DNA of 64,000 bases from Candidatus Bathyarchaeota archaeon (lineage in GTDB: Archaea; Thermoproteota; Bathyarchaeia; 40CM-2-53-6): assembly GCA_963733055.1 (NCBI GenBank), contig CAVTBR010000001.1, positions 32,001 through 96,000 on the forward strand, written 5' to 3'. Below the pieces are notes generated by a model, which worked only from the letters and a program-made list of their open reading frames with translations, had not been told where the DNA came from and made no database searches. Shown in pieces: positions 38,408-48,049 of this stretch (positions are counted from its first letter, which is position 1; every line of letters begins with the position of its first letter). Both the position numbers and the translations under genes were made by a program.

Positions 38408-39970
38408 CTATGCCCCGGCGGCTCGGAACATCGGCTGCACGAGACCTTCTTCCACCATCTCTAGCGAGTGCTTGTACACTTTGGACCACTGGGCGTACAA
38501 TTTCAGATATTTACCATGGGTGGTCTGGTTGGGTTCGAATGTTCGCTCCCATTTGACCATGCCCTTCGCGGTTTCTTTCAGGTTCGGAAATATTCCGACG
38601 CCCACTCCCGCGCATATTGCAGCGCCGAGAGCTGTGGATTCTTTGATGGTTGGAACCTTGACCGTGATTCCGAACACGTCTGATAGTATTTGGGGCCACA
38701 GGAAGCCTTTCGACGCTCCCCCGCAGAATACTACTTGTTTCATTTTTCGATGAGTGAGCGCTTGCAATATTTGCAGGTGACCCAACGCTACGTACGCCGC
38801 GCTCTCTTCAATCGCCCTGACGCATTCCTTCTTGCCAGATGCCTGAGGTTGGTTGATGTCGAATTGTAGGAAGGATGGGGAGGCATGAATCCATCTTCTA
38901 GCGTTCATTATGTCCGAGAAAATTGGAATGACGCCGTTTGACCCAGGTTCAACGTGTTCGGCCTGCCTTTCAAGCAAATAGTACGCATCAACCCCTTCCC
39001 GAGTCGCTATCTCCTTCTCTTGCTCGCAGAATGCGTCCCTGAACCATCGCATTGTCAACCCACATAGGAAACCTATCCCTTCGGTCATCCACATACCTTG
39101 AACTGCATGGCAAAGGGTGCGTAAGCGAATCTTTGGGTCTATGATCGGTTTCTCCGTGACTACTGTTTGTTGCCAGAACGTCCCGCCTATCGTCGCTGAA
39201 TCATACGGTTGAACCGCTGCTATGCCGATTAGGCCAAGCTGTGTGTCTGCCCCGCCTACCACTACGGGAGTTCTCGATTTGAAACCAGTCTCGGCGGCGG
39301 CCTCAGCGGTGACCTCCCCCAGCACCGTTCCTGGTTCCTTTACTTCCGGGAAAATACCTCTAGGCAAGGAACACCAATCGATGATCTCGTCCGACCAAGT
39401 TCTTTTCGAGAGTTGAAACAGATTTGAGCTTGAGCCAATCGAGGGATCGGTAGCGAATTTCCCTGACAGTTTCTGAAGAATCCAATCGCTTATCATAGTC
39501 ACGTGGGCAGTTTTCTTGAAGATCTCCGGCTCGTGCTTCTTTATCCAAAGGAATCTTGGCGGCGACGTAATCGCCTGCCAATCCCCAGCCCTAGAGTAGA
39601 TCTTCTTTGCTAGTCCTTTCTTGACCATATGAGTAACTTCGTTTCTCGCCCGCGAGTCGACGTTTGGGCATGCCCAGATCTCTTTGCCAGTTTCATCGTA
39701 GAGAACCATGCCCTCGCGCATGCTGGTCGCGCTAATGCCGCGAATTTCATCGGGTCGAATCTTAGCTTTGTCGATCGCCTCGTGTATTGATTCGCAGATA
39801 AGTGCCCAATTTCGTGCGGTCTCAAAGACAAAGGCGCCCGGATATTGCGGTATAGTAGGATGGACCCACTCTCTTGATGCGATGGCGACTTGATGCCCTT
39901 CGGAGTCAAAGATTACACATCTGCCGCTGCCAGTTCCCGCGTCTATTGCGGCTAGATAGTCGCCATTCAT
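38408..39970 (-). CDS. lsrK: autoinducer-2 kinase-like FGGY kinase
   Basis: DAGTGS.R.VIFD, SMREG.VLYD, IWACPNVDSRA, GGTFWQQ, WFRDAFC closely match enterobacterial LsrK as recalled. Confidence 0.8.
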   Translation of the reverse strand: MNGDYLAAIDAGTGSGRCVIFDSEGHQVAIASREWVHPTIPQYPGAFVFETARNWALICESIHEAIDKAKIRPDEIRGISATSMREGMVLYDETGKEIWACPNVDSRARNEVTHMVKKGLAKKIYSRAGDWQAITSPPRFLWIKKHEPEIFKKTAHVTMISDWILQKLSGKFATDPSIGSSSNLFQLSKRTWSDEIIDWCSLPRGIFPEVKEPGTVLGEVTAEAAAETGFKSRTPVVVGGADTQLGLIGIAAVQPYDSATIGGTFWQQTVVTEKPIIDPKIRLRTLCHAVQGMWMTEGIGFLCGLTMRWFRDAFCEQEKEIATREGVDAYYLLERQAEHVEPGSNGVIPIFSDIMNARRWIHASPSFLQFDINQPQASGKKECVRAIEESAAYVALGHLQILQALTHRKMKQVVFCGGASKGFLWPQILSDVFGITVKVPTIKESTALGAAICAGVGVGIFPNLKETAKGMVKWERTFEPNQTTHGKYLKLYAQWSKVYKHSLEMVEEGLVQPMFRAAGA

Positions 39971-39995
39971 GCTATCTCATGCCCGCGAGGAGGGG

Positions 39996-40634
39996 TCATT
40001 TTGCGGAGGGGTGCTGACCATATCTTGTCCGTTTGAAGACCTTCAGATATGCAAGTTCTTTTCTTGTGAACTCCCTAGGTTTCGCAAGAACCATTGAATG
40101 GACCGCCATGTTGGCAACATCTTCCAGCACTATTGCGGTCTCCAATCCTTCTTCAGGTGTCCTCCCTACAACAACCACCCCATGCTTTCTCAGGAGGGCG
40201 GCATCACATTTCTCTAACGCCTTCAGGATTGCAGCTAACTCGACAGGCTCCGTCGTGCCCGGAAGCGAGTACTTCCGTACTAGAGGTACGCTACCCCCAA
40301 GATAGAACGCCTGTTCCGCCGAAACACATGGAATCTCCATGTTGGCGGCGGCAAAAGCGCAAGCCATCGGCGAGTGCGTATGAATTACCGTACTAATTTC
40401 CGGTCGGTTCCGGTGAATGTAGGTATGCATCGCGGTTTCCACGGACGGCCTGAACTTTCCTTGGACAAGCTTGGCGTCGAGGTCCACAATGATGAGATGC
40501 TGAGTGTTGAGCGTGAGTTTGCTGAAACCACTGGGAGTGATTAGAGCGTAGTCTGTGTTAGGGATTCGGTTACTCACGACACCAAATGTTGACGTTACTA
40601 GATGGTTCTCAAAGAGCCCACGAGCTACTTCCAC
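39996..40634 (-). CDS. class II aldolase/epimerase (FucA/AraD family)
   Basis: ITPSG, PSVETAMH, HTHS, LRKHG; frame open upstream to a possible ACG start at 40697. Confidence 0.88.
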   Translation of the reverse strand: MEVARGLFENHLVTSTFGVVSNRIPNTDYALITPSGFSKLTLNTQHLIIVDLDAKLVQGKFRPSVETAMHTYIHRNRPEISTVIHTHSPMACAFAAANMEIPCVSAEQAFYLGGSVPLVRKYSLPGTTEPVELAAILKALEKCDAALLRKHGVVVVGRTPEEGLETAIVLEDVANMAVHSMVLAKPREFTRKELAYLKVFKRTRYGQHPSAK

Positions 40635-40756
40635 GGTTTTACTTGCGAGACTATCAATGATCTCTTGTTGAACGCCAGGTATGCTGAAGTCGGACGTCTG
40701 AAGTCACCTGGGTTTTGTGTTGTGCTCTTCCTGTTTGTATTGTCGACGGATGAATG

Positions 40757-41254
40757 TTAAGGGTAGGTGTAGATAGGATTCATAGAGATCGCGTGGCCGC
40801 TGACTGTTTCTGCAACCATCTTCAACACGGGTTCAGTATTCATGTAATAGAATCTGATGTTTTCACCAAGCCTTCCACTCATCATAACATCAACATCATT
40901 CTTCTTGAAGTCTGCGAGTGCCTTTTCAACATCCTCCGCGGGGCTCACTACGGAAACATGGTGCAGCCCTTCTCCCTTCTCTTCTAAGAACTCCTTGTAG
41001 ATACTTGGGCCCTCCAATGGTTGCAAAATTTCGAAGTCGATCGGGTCACAGTGGACTTCCGCCCCAAGCATAGAGTAATTGGCAGGTTTTCCGTGGAGTT
41101 CCTGATGGTGTAGGATTGGGGGTTTGTGTTCGTAAACACTCCAGGGCCCCCACCCGAGAATCTTGTGGTATGCTTCCATCGTTTTTCGCAAATCTTTCAC
41201 AACCACGGCAACTTGAGTAATCTTCATTCCAGACGGAACTGATGTGCCCATCAA
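40757..41254 (-). CDS. VOC family protein (methylmalonyl-CoA epimerase-like)
   Basis: QVAVVV, EILQPLEGPSIYKEFLEEKGEGLHH. Confidence 0.85.
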   Translation of the reverse strand: MMGTSVPSGMKITQVAVVVKDLRKTMEAYHKILGWGPWSVYEHKPPILHHQELHGKPANYSMLGAEVHCDPIDFEILQPLEGPSIYKEFLEEKGEGLHHVSVVSPAEDVEKALADFKKNDVDVMMSGRLGENIRFYYMNTEPVLKMVAETVSGHAISMNPIYTYP

Positions 41255-41309
41255 CTGTCATCTCGCAGAAGAAAGGGCAAGTCGCTTTGTATATTAGCCT
41301 TGGTCTACA

Positions 41310-42179
41310 TTGACGCCGTTCAGCGAGGACCAGTACTTGAAACGCGGAATCGCAGTCACAGGACGAGCAAACCCTAAGCTCATCGAAAGACTCGCCGTAG
41401 AGGCCGAAAGGGCCGAATACGATTATTTCTTGGTAACCGACCATTTCATGCTTCCAAACTCGAACAATCACATCGACGTTTGGTCCTTCCTCCCCTACCT
41501 TGCGGCGAAAACGGCCAAGATTAGACTGGGAACGGCAGTCACACCCCTCCCATTACGCCCGCCCGGCATGCTCGCAAAGATGGCCGCAACGACAGATTAT
41601 CTCTCCGGCGGCCGTTTGATAGTCGGGGTGGGGTTTGGGTGGTACCGGCCCGAATTTGAAGGGTATTCGAAATGGCATGAGAATAAGGAAAGGATAGCGT
41701 TCAGCATTGAAGCGCTGCGATTAATGAAACGCCTATGGACTGAACCGGGACTCGTGGATTTTCATGGCAAATATGTCCGCGCAAATAACGCAGCTCTAGA
41801 GCCTAAACCAATCCAGAAACCTTATCCACCAATATGGTGGGGCGGACACTTGGCAGTCTCGCTTCATACAGCGGGAAAGTATGCTGATGGATGGATGCCA
41901 ATAGGCCCTAGATGGTTTGACGAAAGCTACCCCAAACCTAACGAATACTCGCAAATGCGAAAGGTAATTCTCGACGAGTTGACCAAGCGCAAATATCCCG
42001 AAGAGAAATTTGCATTCACGAACCTCATCAACCGGACAGACATACAAACGCTCCGAAAGGATGTTGAACAGTACGTGGATGCGGGCATGAACCATTTCAC
42101 ATTGGGCGAGAAAGCGGAGGATGAAAAATGCTTGAAAGAGATAGCCCTCGTCGCGAAAGAAATAGGAGGCTCCTTCTAG
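41310..42179 (+). CDS. LLM-class flavin/F420-dependent oxidoreductase
   Basis: TDHF, LGTAVT, SGGRLIVGVGFGW, PKPIQKPYPPIW. Confidence 0.88.
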   Translation: MTPFSEDQYLKRGIAVTGRANPKLIERLAVEAERAEYDYFLVTDHFMLPNSNNHIDVWSFLPYLAAKTAKIRLGTAVTPLPLRPPGMLAKMAATTDYLSGGRLIVGVGFGWYRPEFEGYSKWHENKERIAFSIEALRLMKRLWTEPGLVDFHGKYVRANNAALEPKPIQKPYPPIWWGGHLAVSLHTAGKYADGWMPIGPRWFDESYPKPNEYSQMRKVILDELTKRKYPEEKFAFTNLINRTDIQTLRKDVEQYVDAGMNHFTLGEKAEDEKCLKEIALVAKEIGGSF

Positions 42180-42183
42180 GAAA

Positions 42184-43071
42184 TTGGCAAAACGCTCAGG
42201 CTGGAAGCTATCATTCATTCCTTACTACATGACGTCCCCAGCCGTTTGGACCTCACCCTCAACAGATGAAGCGATCCGTGTAATCTCGAAAGCAGGGTAT
42301 CAAGGCGTCGAATGGATGCTTGGTCAGCATTTCCGGAATACCAAGCAACTAAGGAACTTGGTCAACAAGACGAGGCGGCGCGGTCTTGCGGTCTCGAACA
42401 TCATGTGCTGGCAAGACCTCGTAACAAAGAGCCGGAAAGTCAGGAATAGACGAGTGAAGCTCCTGAATTGCATGCTGAGTGAGGCCAGCGGATTGTCCGT
42501 CCCTTTGATGAATGTCTTCACAGGGCCGATGACCTGGAATCCTGGCTACAATAGGATTGGTCGAGAAATCTCTGAAGGTCAAGCTTGGAAGGTTGTTATC
42601 GACTCATTTGCGGATCTTGTTGACTCGGCTGAGAAGAATCATGTCGTCGTCACAGTTGAGCCTGTATTCGGAATGCTCGTCCACGACTATTACACTGTAA
42701 AGGAGTTCCTCAGCTACTTCGATTCCAAATACTTGGGCGTGAACCTCGACCCATCCCACTTCGTCGTGTACGGAAACGACCCCGTATGGGCGGCGAAAAT
42801 GCTCGGCGAGAAAGTCCGACACGTTCATGTGAAGGATGCATTTGGGAAACCGGGCGGGCTTGGGGAAACTTTCGTCTTTCCGTTTCTTGGCGAGGGCGTT
42901 GTCGATTGGAAGGAGTTCTTTCTCGCTCTTCGCAAATCGCGATACCGTGGCTATCTCTCTCTCGAATTCGAGAATGATAGTTACCTGAACAATGTTTGCG
43001 ATGGGAAATGGTCAAAAGCAGCAGTAGAACTCAGGAATCGAGTTGAGAAGTTCCTGCCAAAACGGGCATAA
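42184..43071 (+). CDS. sugar phosphate isomerase/epimerase (xylose isomerase-like TIM barrel)
   Basis: VEP, NLDPSH, HVHVKD, GEGVVDW, SLEFE. Confidence 0.88.
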   Translation: MAKRSGWKLSFIPYYMTSPAVWTSPSTDEAIRVISKAGYQGVEWMLGQHFRNTKQLRNLVNKTRRRGLAVSNIMCWQDLVTKSRKVRNRRVKLLNCMLSEASGLSVPLMNVFTGPMTWNPGYNRIGREISEGQAWKVVIDSFADLVDSAEKNHVVVTVEPVFGMLVHDYYTVKEFLSYFDSKYLGVNLDPSHFVVYGNDPVWAAKMLGEKVRHVHVKDAFGKPGGLGETFVFPFLGEGVVDWKEFFLALRKSRYRGYLSLEFENDSYLNNVCDGKWSKAAVELRNRVEKFLPKRA

Positions 43072-43110
43072 GGAACCTTTGGGAACCATACCGCTGTGGA
43101 TCTGGCGAAG

Positions 43111-43401
43111 TTACAATCGCAGGATTAGTCGGATTAGGGCCACGACGGCTATGGCGCCCCAAACCACATTTAGAACACCATTCTGATACGCCCTCTTAAC
43201 GAATGCCACTAGGCCAAGCCCCACGGCGCCACTCAGGTTCAAGAACTGGTAGACGTAACTGTTTGGGGAAATGAAGCTCAAGCTCACGGTTCCGTAGGCG
43301 ACAACGACGGCTATCAAGCCATACCATCCCAAAATATCCACCAGTACCTGCCGTTTATGACCTACCTTAGCTGAATCCGCGGGAAGCATCTTTGATACCA
43401 C
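43111..43401 (-). CDS. small membrane protein (CBU_0592-like)
   Basis: DILGWYG, YQFLNL, 'LNVVWGAIA'. Confidence 0.7.
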   Translation of the reverse strand: MVSKMLPADSAKVGHKRQVLVDILGWYGLIAVVVAYGTVSLSFISPNSYVYQFLNLSGAVGLGLVAFVKRAYQNGVLNVVWGAIAVVALIRLILRL

Positions 43402-43590
43402 GACTGGCCTTAGAGCGATGTTCCGCCATAAAAGCGACCTGTCACACCGCGTAATTTAATCAGCTTGCGTTCTGTGCAATTCTGAAATGGGCGACCAAGA
43501 AATTCTTGGAGAGCGTCCGTTCGAGTTGGTATGCCAACCCGAAGCGGCCAATGAGTAGGCCGTTGGGGATTCTGGTGTCGTTTAGCTTGC

Positions 43591-43667
43591 TTATTCTGGG
43601 GATATCTCCATTTGTCCTCTGATTAAGTCGAGTCCTTTGCCTTTCAAGTTGAAGTAGCGTGCTAGAT
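43591..43667 (-). pseudogene. relic 3' end of an APC permease paralog
   Basis: LARYFNLKGKGLDLIRGQMEISPE* versus LARYFYFKGKGLDLIKGQMEIPPE* at 45419. Confidence 0.75.
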
Positions 43668-43834
43668 CAGGAAGCTGGAGCCTAATAGTCCTACAATGAA
43701 ACTGAAATCCGCAGTGGGTAAAGAGCTTGTTAGGGGATGCTTTCCCTAAAGAGCAGACACCTACCTGTGTGCGCAAACCTTCGATGACTTACCCTATGTT
43801 GAAAAACATCATATCTCGGTTTTGGTTCATATGA

Positions 43835-44725
43835 ATGCGTGAAGCGGAGTTGTCTGACCGCGTCATAGAGATGCCACCTGAGTGGGGAGGAGTCGTTCCC
43901 ACACGAGTTTTCTTAGATGAGGGTAAACGAATCGTGGACGAAGCCACGAGAGTAGGCATACCGTTAAGGTTGCTGGGTGGCGTTGCGATCCGGTATCATT
44001 GTATGGATTACCTAGACTTCGCGAAGAAACTTGGGCGTCAGGTTGGCGAGGGAGAGCAGGAGTACACCGATCTTGATTATATTTCCTACATGAAATACCG
44101 TGACAATGCAAAGAAACTCTTCGAAGCCTTAGGTTACTCAAGAAGGAAGACGACGTTATCAAGCTCCGCTACTCAACGGCAGATCTTCTTCCATCCTAAG
44201 GGATGGTTCCATGTGGACGTATTCTTCGACAAATTACTAGCCGCAAACCACCCCATAGATTTCAGAAAACGCCTTGAACTCGACTCACCCACCGCCACTC
44301 CCACCGATCTTCTCCTTGAGAAGGCGCAAATTGTTTTCCCGGGCGAGAAGGATGTCAAAGACATGATGCTACTTCTGCGCACTCACGAAATTTCCGCGCG
44401 CGAGGAAGAGAATAAGATAAGCGGGAAATTCATCGCACAGCTTCTATCTTCCGACTGGGGATTCTGGTACACACTTACAAATAATCTCCGCCAATTGAAA
44501 GAATACTCAACCACAATCGAACCACTGTCTACTGACGACAAGGCGGACCTAGCTTCGAAAGCAGACATTCTTTTGAAAATGATTGAGGATGAACCGAAGA
44601 GTACAGGTTGGAAGATGCGATCAGCCATCGGAACCAAAAAGAAGTGGTATAATCCCGTAGAGACCACACAAACGGTCGGAGAATTTGGCCTCTGGAAACT
44701 GAAAGAAAAAACCCAAGACTCTTAA
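43835..44725 (+). CDS. putative nucleotidyltransferase-fold protein
   Basis: LLGGVAI...YTDLDY (GG..DxD), HVDVFFD, KDVKD. Confidence 0.65.
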   Translation: MREAELSDRVIEMPPEWGGVVPTRVFLDEGKRIVDEATRVGIPLRLLGGVAIRYHCMDYLDFAKKLGRQVGEGEQEYTDLDYISYMKYRDNAKKLFEALGYSRRKTTLSSSATQRQIFFHPKGWFHVDVFFDKLLAANHPIDFRKRLELDSPTATPTDLLLEKAQIVFPGEKDVKDMMLLLRTHEISAREEENKISGKFIAQLLSSDWGFWYTLTNNLRQLKEYSTTIEPLSTDDKADLASKADILLKMIEDEPKSTGWKMRSAIGTKKKWYNPVETTQTVGEFGLWKLKEKTQDS

Positions 44726-44759
44726 GCGCAAAACGTGACTTGACCTCGAAACATCTTTA

Positions 44760-45143
44760 GTGATTAACGCCTTCAGGAAGGAAGCCCATGTCTTTCTTGA
44801 GAGTTTACGTCACCGTAAGTGGGCGCTGAGCTATTTAGTCGTCTTAACTTGTGTTAGCACCGTCATCTTCTCGTTTGTAGAGAATCATACCCCATTTGAT
44901 TCGTTTTACTGGACAATTACCGTATTTACAACCGTAGGCTTCGGAGACATAACACCCCACACAATAATTGGGAAGGTACTGTTTCTCTTCGATGCGATCT
45001 CAGGCATAACCACCTACATCTACCTAATCACCAGTTGGCAAACCTCAGTAATCGAAGCGAGACTTGAACGGAAACTATGGCAAATCGCCGACGCCGACTT
45101 CAAAGAACAGACACGAAAATCTAAGTCAAAATTCCAGAATTAG
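44760..45143 (+). CDS. two-TM potassium channel protein
   Basis: TTVGFGD selectivity filter. Confidence 0.88.
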   Translation: MINAFRKEAHVFLESLRHRKWALSYLVVLTCVSTVIFSFVENHTPFDSFYWTITVFTTVGFGDITPHTIIGKVLFLFDAISGITTYIYLITSWQTSVIEARLERKLWQIADADFKEQTRKSKSKFQN

Positions 45144-45418
45144 CCATTCACAAGAGTTTAGAGATGATCTTTAACCGCCAAAAGTAGAGGTCCCGACCTG
45201 TAACACCCAAAGTTAAGCCCCTAGAACGTAACAGTACCATTTCGATGCAAATACATCTCCCGCACCTTTACAGAAAGGAACCGCTACCGAATATTTGACA
45301 GACCCCGAAATGAACCGATTTTATCCACCCTCAGCCGTCGACCGAAGTATCCGTTACCGACTGTAGAGTGTTTGGAGCTTGGCGTTTGTTCAGGGACTTA
45401 TTGTCTCGATCTCTTGTC

Positions 45419-46996
45419 TTATTCTGGCGGTATCTCCATTTGTCCTTTGATTAAGTCTAGGCCTTTGCCCTTGAAGTAGAAGTAGCGCGCGAGATAGATG
45501 AGTACAGCGGACCCGAATATCACGACTAGCAGAACGCTTGATCCTAAAGTCGAGGGCCCAATGGCAGGATTTGTTACAGACCAGTAGAATGTGGTTCCCA
45601 TGCCTATGATTGTTAGAACGCCAAAGATTGGTAATAACCATCGACCGCCGATGAGACCCTTGGCGAATTCTTTCTTCCAGAATGGAAGGACAATGGCCGA
45701 TATTCCTACCAAAATCCAGACGACGGCCCAAATCGTGACCACATTGAGCAGTTGTCCGATGTATGTCGTGTATATGGCGATGTATGTTAGGATGACGGAT
45801 ATTACGAAGGTCAACCCGATCGCTTTCAACGGGACGTGGAGTCTATCGTTCACATCCGCGAAAACGGTTGGAAGTACGCGGTCGAAGGAGAATGCGAACA
45901 CGTACCTCGAGATGCAAATGGCGAGGCCTGCGGCCCACCAGAAGTTGAACAATAGGAAGCCGATCTCGACGAAACTCGAAAGGTATGGGTTGCTTAGGAC
46001 TGCTGGGATGAAAACGGGCGACCATGGAGAAACTCCTAAGGAGAGTTTACCGGCGCCGAATAACCCAAACACTGCTTGCATGAATGGGTAGCTTTCCGCG
46101 TTCGTTATGAAGTAGAGGCCTGTTACATCGAGAACTCCGCAGATCAAGAGTGCAACCATCACACCCCATAGCATTCCATTCTTCACATTCCTCACTTCGC
46201 CTGAGATGTATACGGAATAATTGAATCCGTTGAATAGCAAGACGCCGAATGGAATGGCTAGGAACGTGGCGGTTTGATTCACAGGAACGAATGCCATACC
46301 CGCCGAAGCGGCTTGAGATACTACCCCATTAACCGTCATACTTCCACCCGTTAAATTACTCAACCCTGTCGCAAATGATGAACTTGTTGCGGTCGCGAAG
46401 GCGCCGATGAAGATGAAAGAGGCGATGAAGATTATAGCAGCCAAAACAAGCATAATACGACTGTAAACTCTTGGCGTGCAACTGGCAATAACAATTCCAA
46501 CAATTATCGTGAGCAGTGTCCCAGCGAATAGATTTGTGGTGCTACTCGCGAAGTTCTGTCCCCATGAAATTAGTCCCGGATTATTCCAGATGTATCCCAA
46601 GGCCACGCCTACGTCTGGCATAACGACCGCGGGTTCCGTTACAGATGCACTTGCTAGAAGCGCAATGAATGAAATGAACATAGCCCAACCCCCAACAAAT
46701 CCCAAAATTGGATTCAGCGTCCGCCCAAGCCACACATAGTCCCCTCCTGATCTTGGCATCTGAACCGAAAAGATGTAGTATACTACGGCGAGGGGGATCA
46801 TGAACAGGAACCCAATAATCGCGGAAACTGTAAAGTCCGCTCCAGGACCGTTAGGGGCTACGTAGCCGATTTGAGAGGACATCCCGAATAGGGTCGGCCC
46901 GGTTACGGCCAGACTCAATATAGTCGCATCATACCACGTGAAGGATCTGACTAATCCGGTTGCTTCCCGTAGGAATACCTTCTGCTTAGTAGACAA
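45419..46996 (-). CDS. APC family amino-acid permease
   Basis: FLREATGLVR, MPRSGGDY, SRYVFAFSFDRVLP. Confidence 0.9.
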   Translation of the reverse strand: MSTKQKVFLREATGLVRSFTWYDATILSLAVTGPTLFGMSSQIGYVAPNGPGADFTVSAIIGFLFMIPLAVVYYIFSVQMPRSGGDYVWLGRTLNPILGFVGGWAMFISFIALLASASVTEPAVVMPDVGVALGYIWNNPGLISWGQNFASSTTNLFAGTLLTIIVGIVIASCTPRVYSRIMLVLAAIIFIASFIFIGAFATATSSSFATGLSNLTGGSMTVNGVVSQAASAGMAFVPVNQTATFLAIPFGVLLFNGFNYSVYISGEVRNVKNGMLWGVMVALLICGVLDVTGLYFITNAESYPFMQAVFGLFGAGKLSLGVSPWSPVFIPAVLSNPYLSSFVEIGFLLFNFWWAAGLAICISRYVFAFSFDRVLPTVFADVNDRLHVPLKAIGLTFVISVILTYIAIYTTYIGQLLNVVTIWAVVWILVGISAIVLPFWKKEFAKGLIGGRWLLPIFGVLTIIGMGTTFYWSVTNPAIGPSTLGSSVLLVVIFGSAVLIYLARYFYFKGKGLDLIKGQMEIPPE

Positions 46997-47208
46997 GGGA
47001 ATCTGAAAAGGTGGGTCTTCGAACGATATTTAACACTTGGCATGAAAGCGTCGGATTTCAAGGATCAAATTGAACGTTCGAGGGCTCGTAACTTGATTAA
47101 TATTCGATTTCTCATGGAGGGTTGAGGCAAAACCAATCTGCTAGTCAGAAAGGTCATGGTATGCGATCCTCGAAGAAGATTTTAGAATGAAGACCCGATG
47201 TCTCCCTT

Positions 47209-47970
47209 GTGATTTCCCACATGAAGCTGAAAGATAGGATAACAATCGTTACCGGGGCTTCGCGCGGAATCGGCAGCGCCATTGCCCGAAGATTCGCGGT
47301 TGAAGGTTCCAAGGTTGTCATCAACTACCACAATTCGGAGAAGGAGGCTTCTCGGTTAGTGGACGAGATAAGAAGGAACGACGGAGAGGCTATTGCGGTA
47401 AGAGCCGACGTATCTAAGCCAGATGAAGTGAGACATCTTGTAAAGGAAACGGTCGACGCCTACGGGAGAGTGGATATCCTAGTGAACAACGCGGGAGTGA
47501 TGTTTCAGAATACGTTCCTTGACGCTACCGAGGAAATCTGGGACAAAACTATCGACATCAATCTGAAAGGGGCTTACCTTTGCTCGAAAGAGGTAGCCCC
47601 AATCATGTTGAAACAGAAGAAGGGGAAGATAATCAACATCTCATCCAACTCTGGGACTTATCATCCCTCCGCTCTCCGGTTCGTGGAATACGTAGTCTCA
47701 AAAGCGGGAATGAATGGATTAACTCGAGCGCTCGCGCTGAAACTCGGCCCTTATGTTAACGTCAACGCAATCTGCCCAGGTTGGATCAAGACCGAAATGG
47801 TCGGAGACATAGACCCAGAAATCCAACGGATGATCCTTGAGGAAACGGCGTTGAAGAGGTACGGGACTCCGGACGAGGTAGCGAATGCTGCACTCTATCT
47901 GGCTTCTGACGAGTCCAACTTCGTTACTGGAGAGCTCCACATGATCACTGGCGGTCGTGGAATGCACTAA
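47209..47970 (+). CDS. short-chain dehydrogenase/reductase
   Basis: TGASRGIG, NNAG, YVVSK. Confidence 0.92.
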   Translation: MISHMKLKDRITIVTGASRGIGSAIARRFAVEGSKVVINYHNSEKEASRLVDEIRRNDGEAIAVRADVSKPDEVRHLVKETVDAYGRVDILVNNAGVMFQNTFLDATEEIWDKTIDINLKGAYLCSKEVAPIMLKQKKGKIINISSNSGTYHPSALRFVEYVVSKAGMNGLTRALALKLGPYVNVNAICPGWIKTEMVGDIDPEIQRMILEETALKRYGTPDEVANAALYLASDESNFVTGELHMITGGRGMH

Positions 47971-48049
47971 ATCTCAAGAACCAACCTAGACTGTTCACGC
48001 ATTGTTCTTATTACCGTAGGCTTTCCGTTGGACTTGAGGGCTTAGTGAG

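Noticed and set aside
43591-43776. 61-aa ORF as an intact gene
   Set aside because: Only the last 24 codons resemble the APC permease; treated as a relic.
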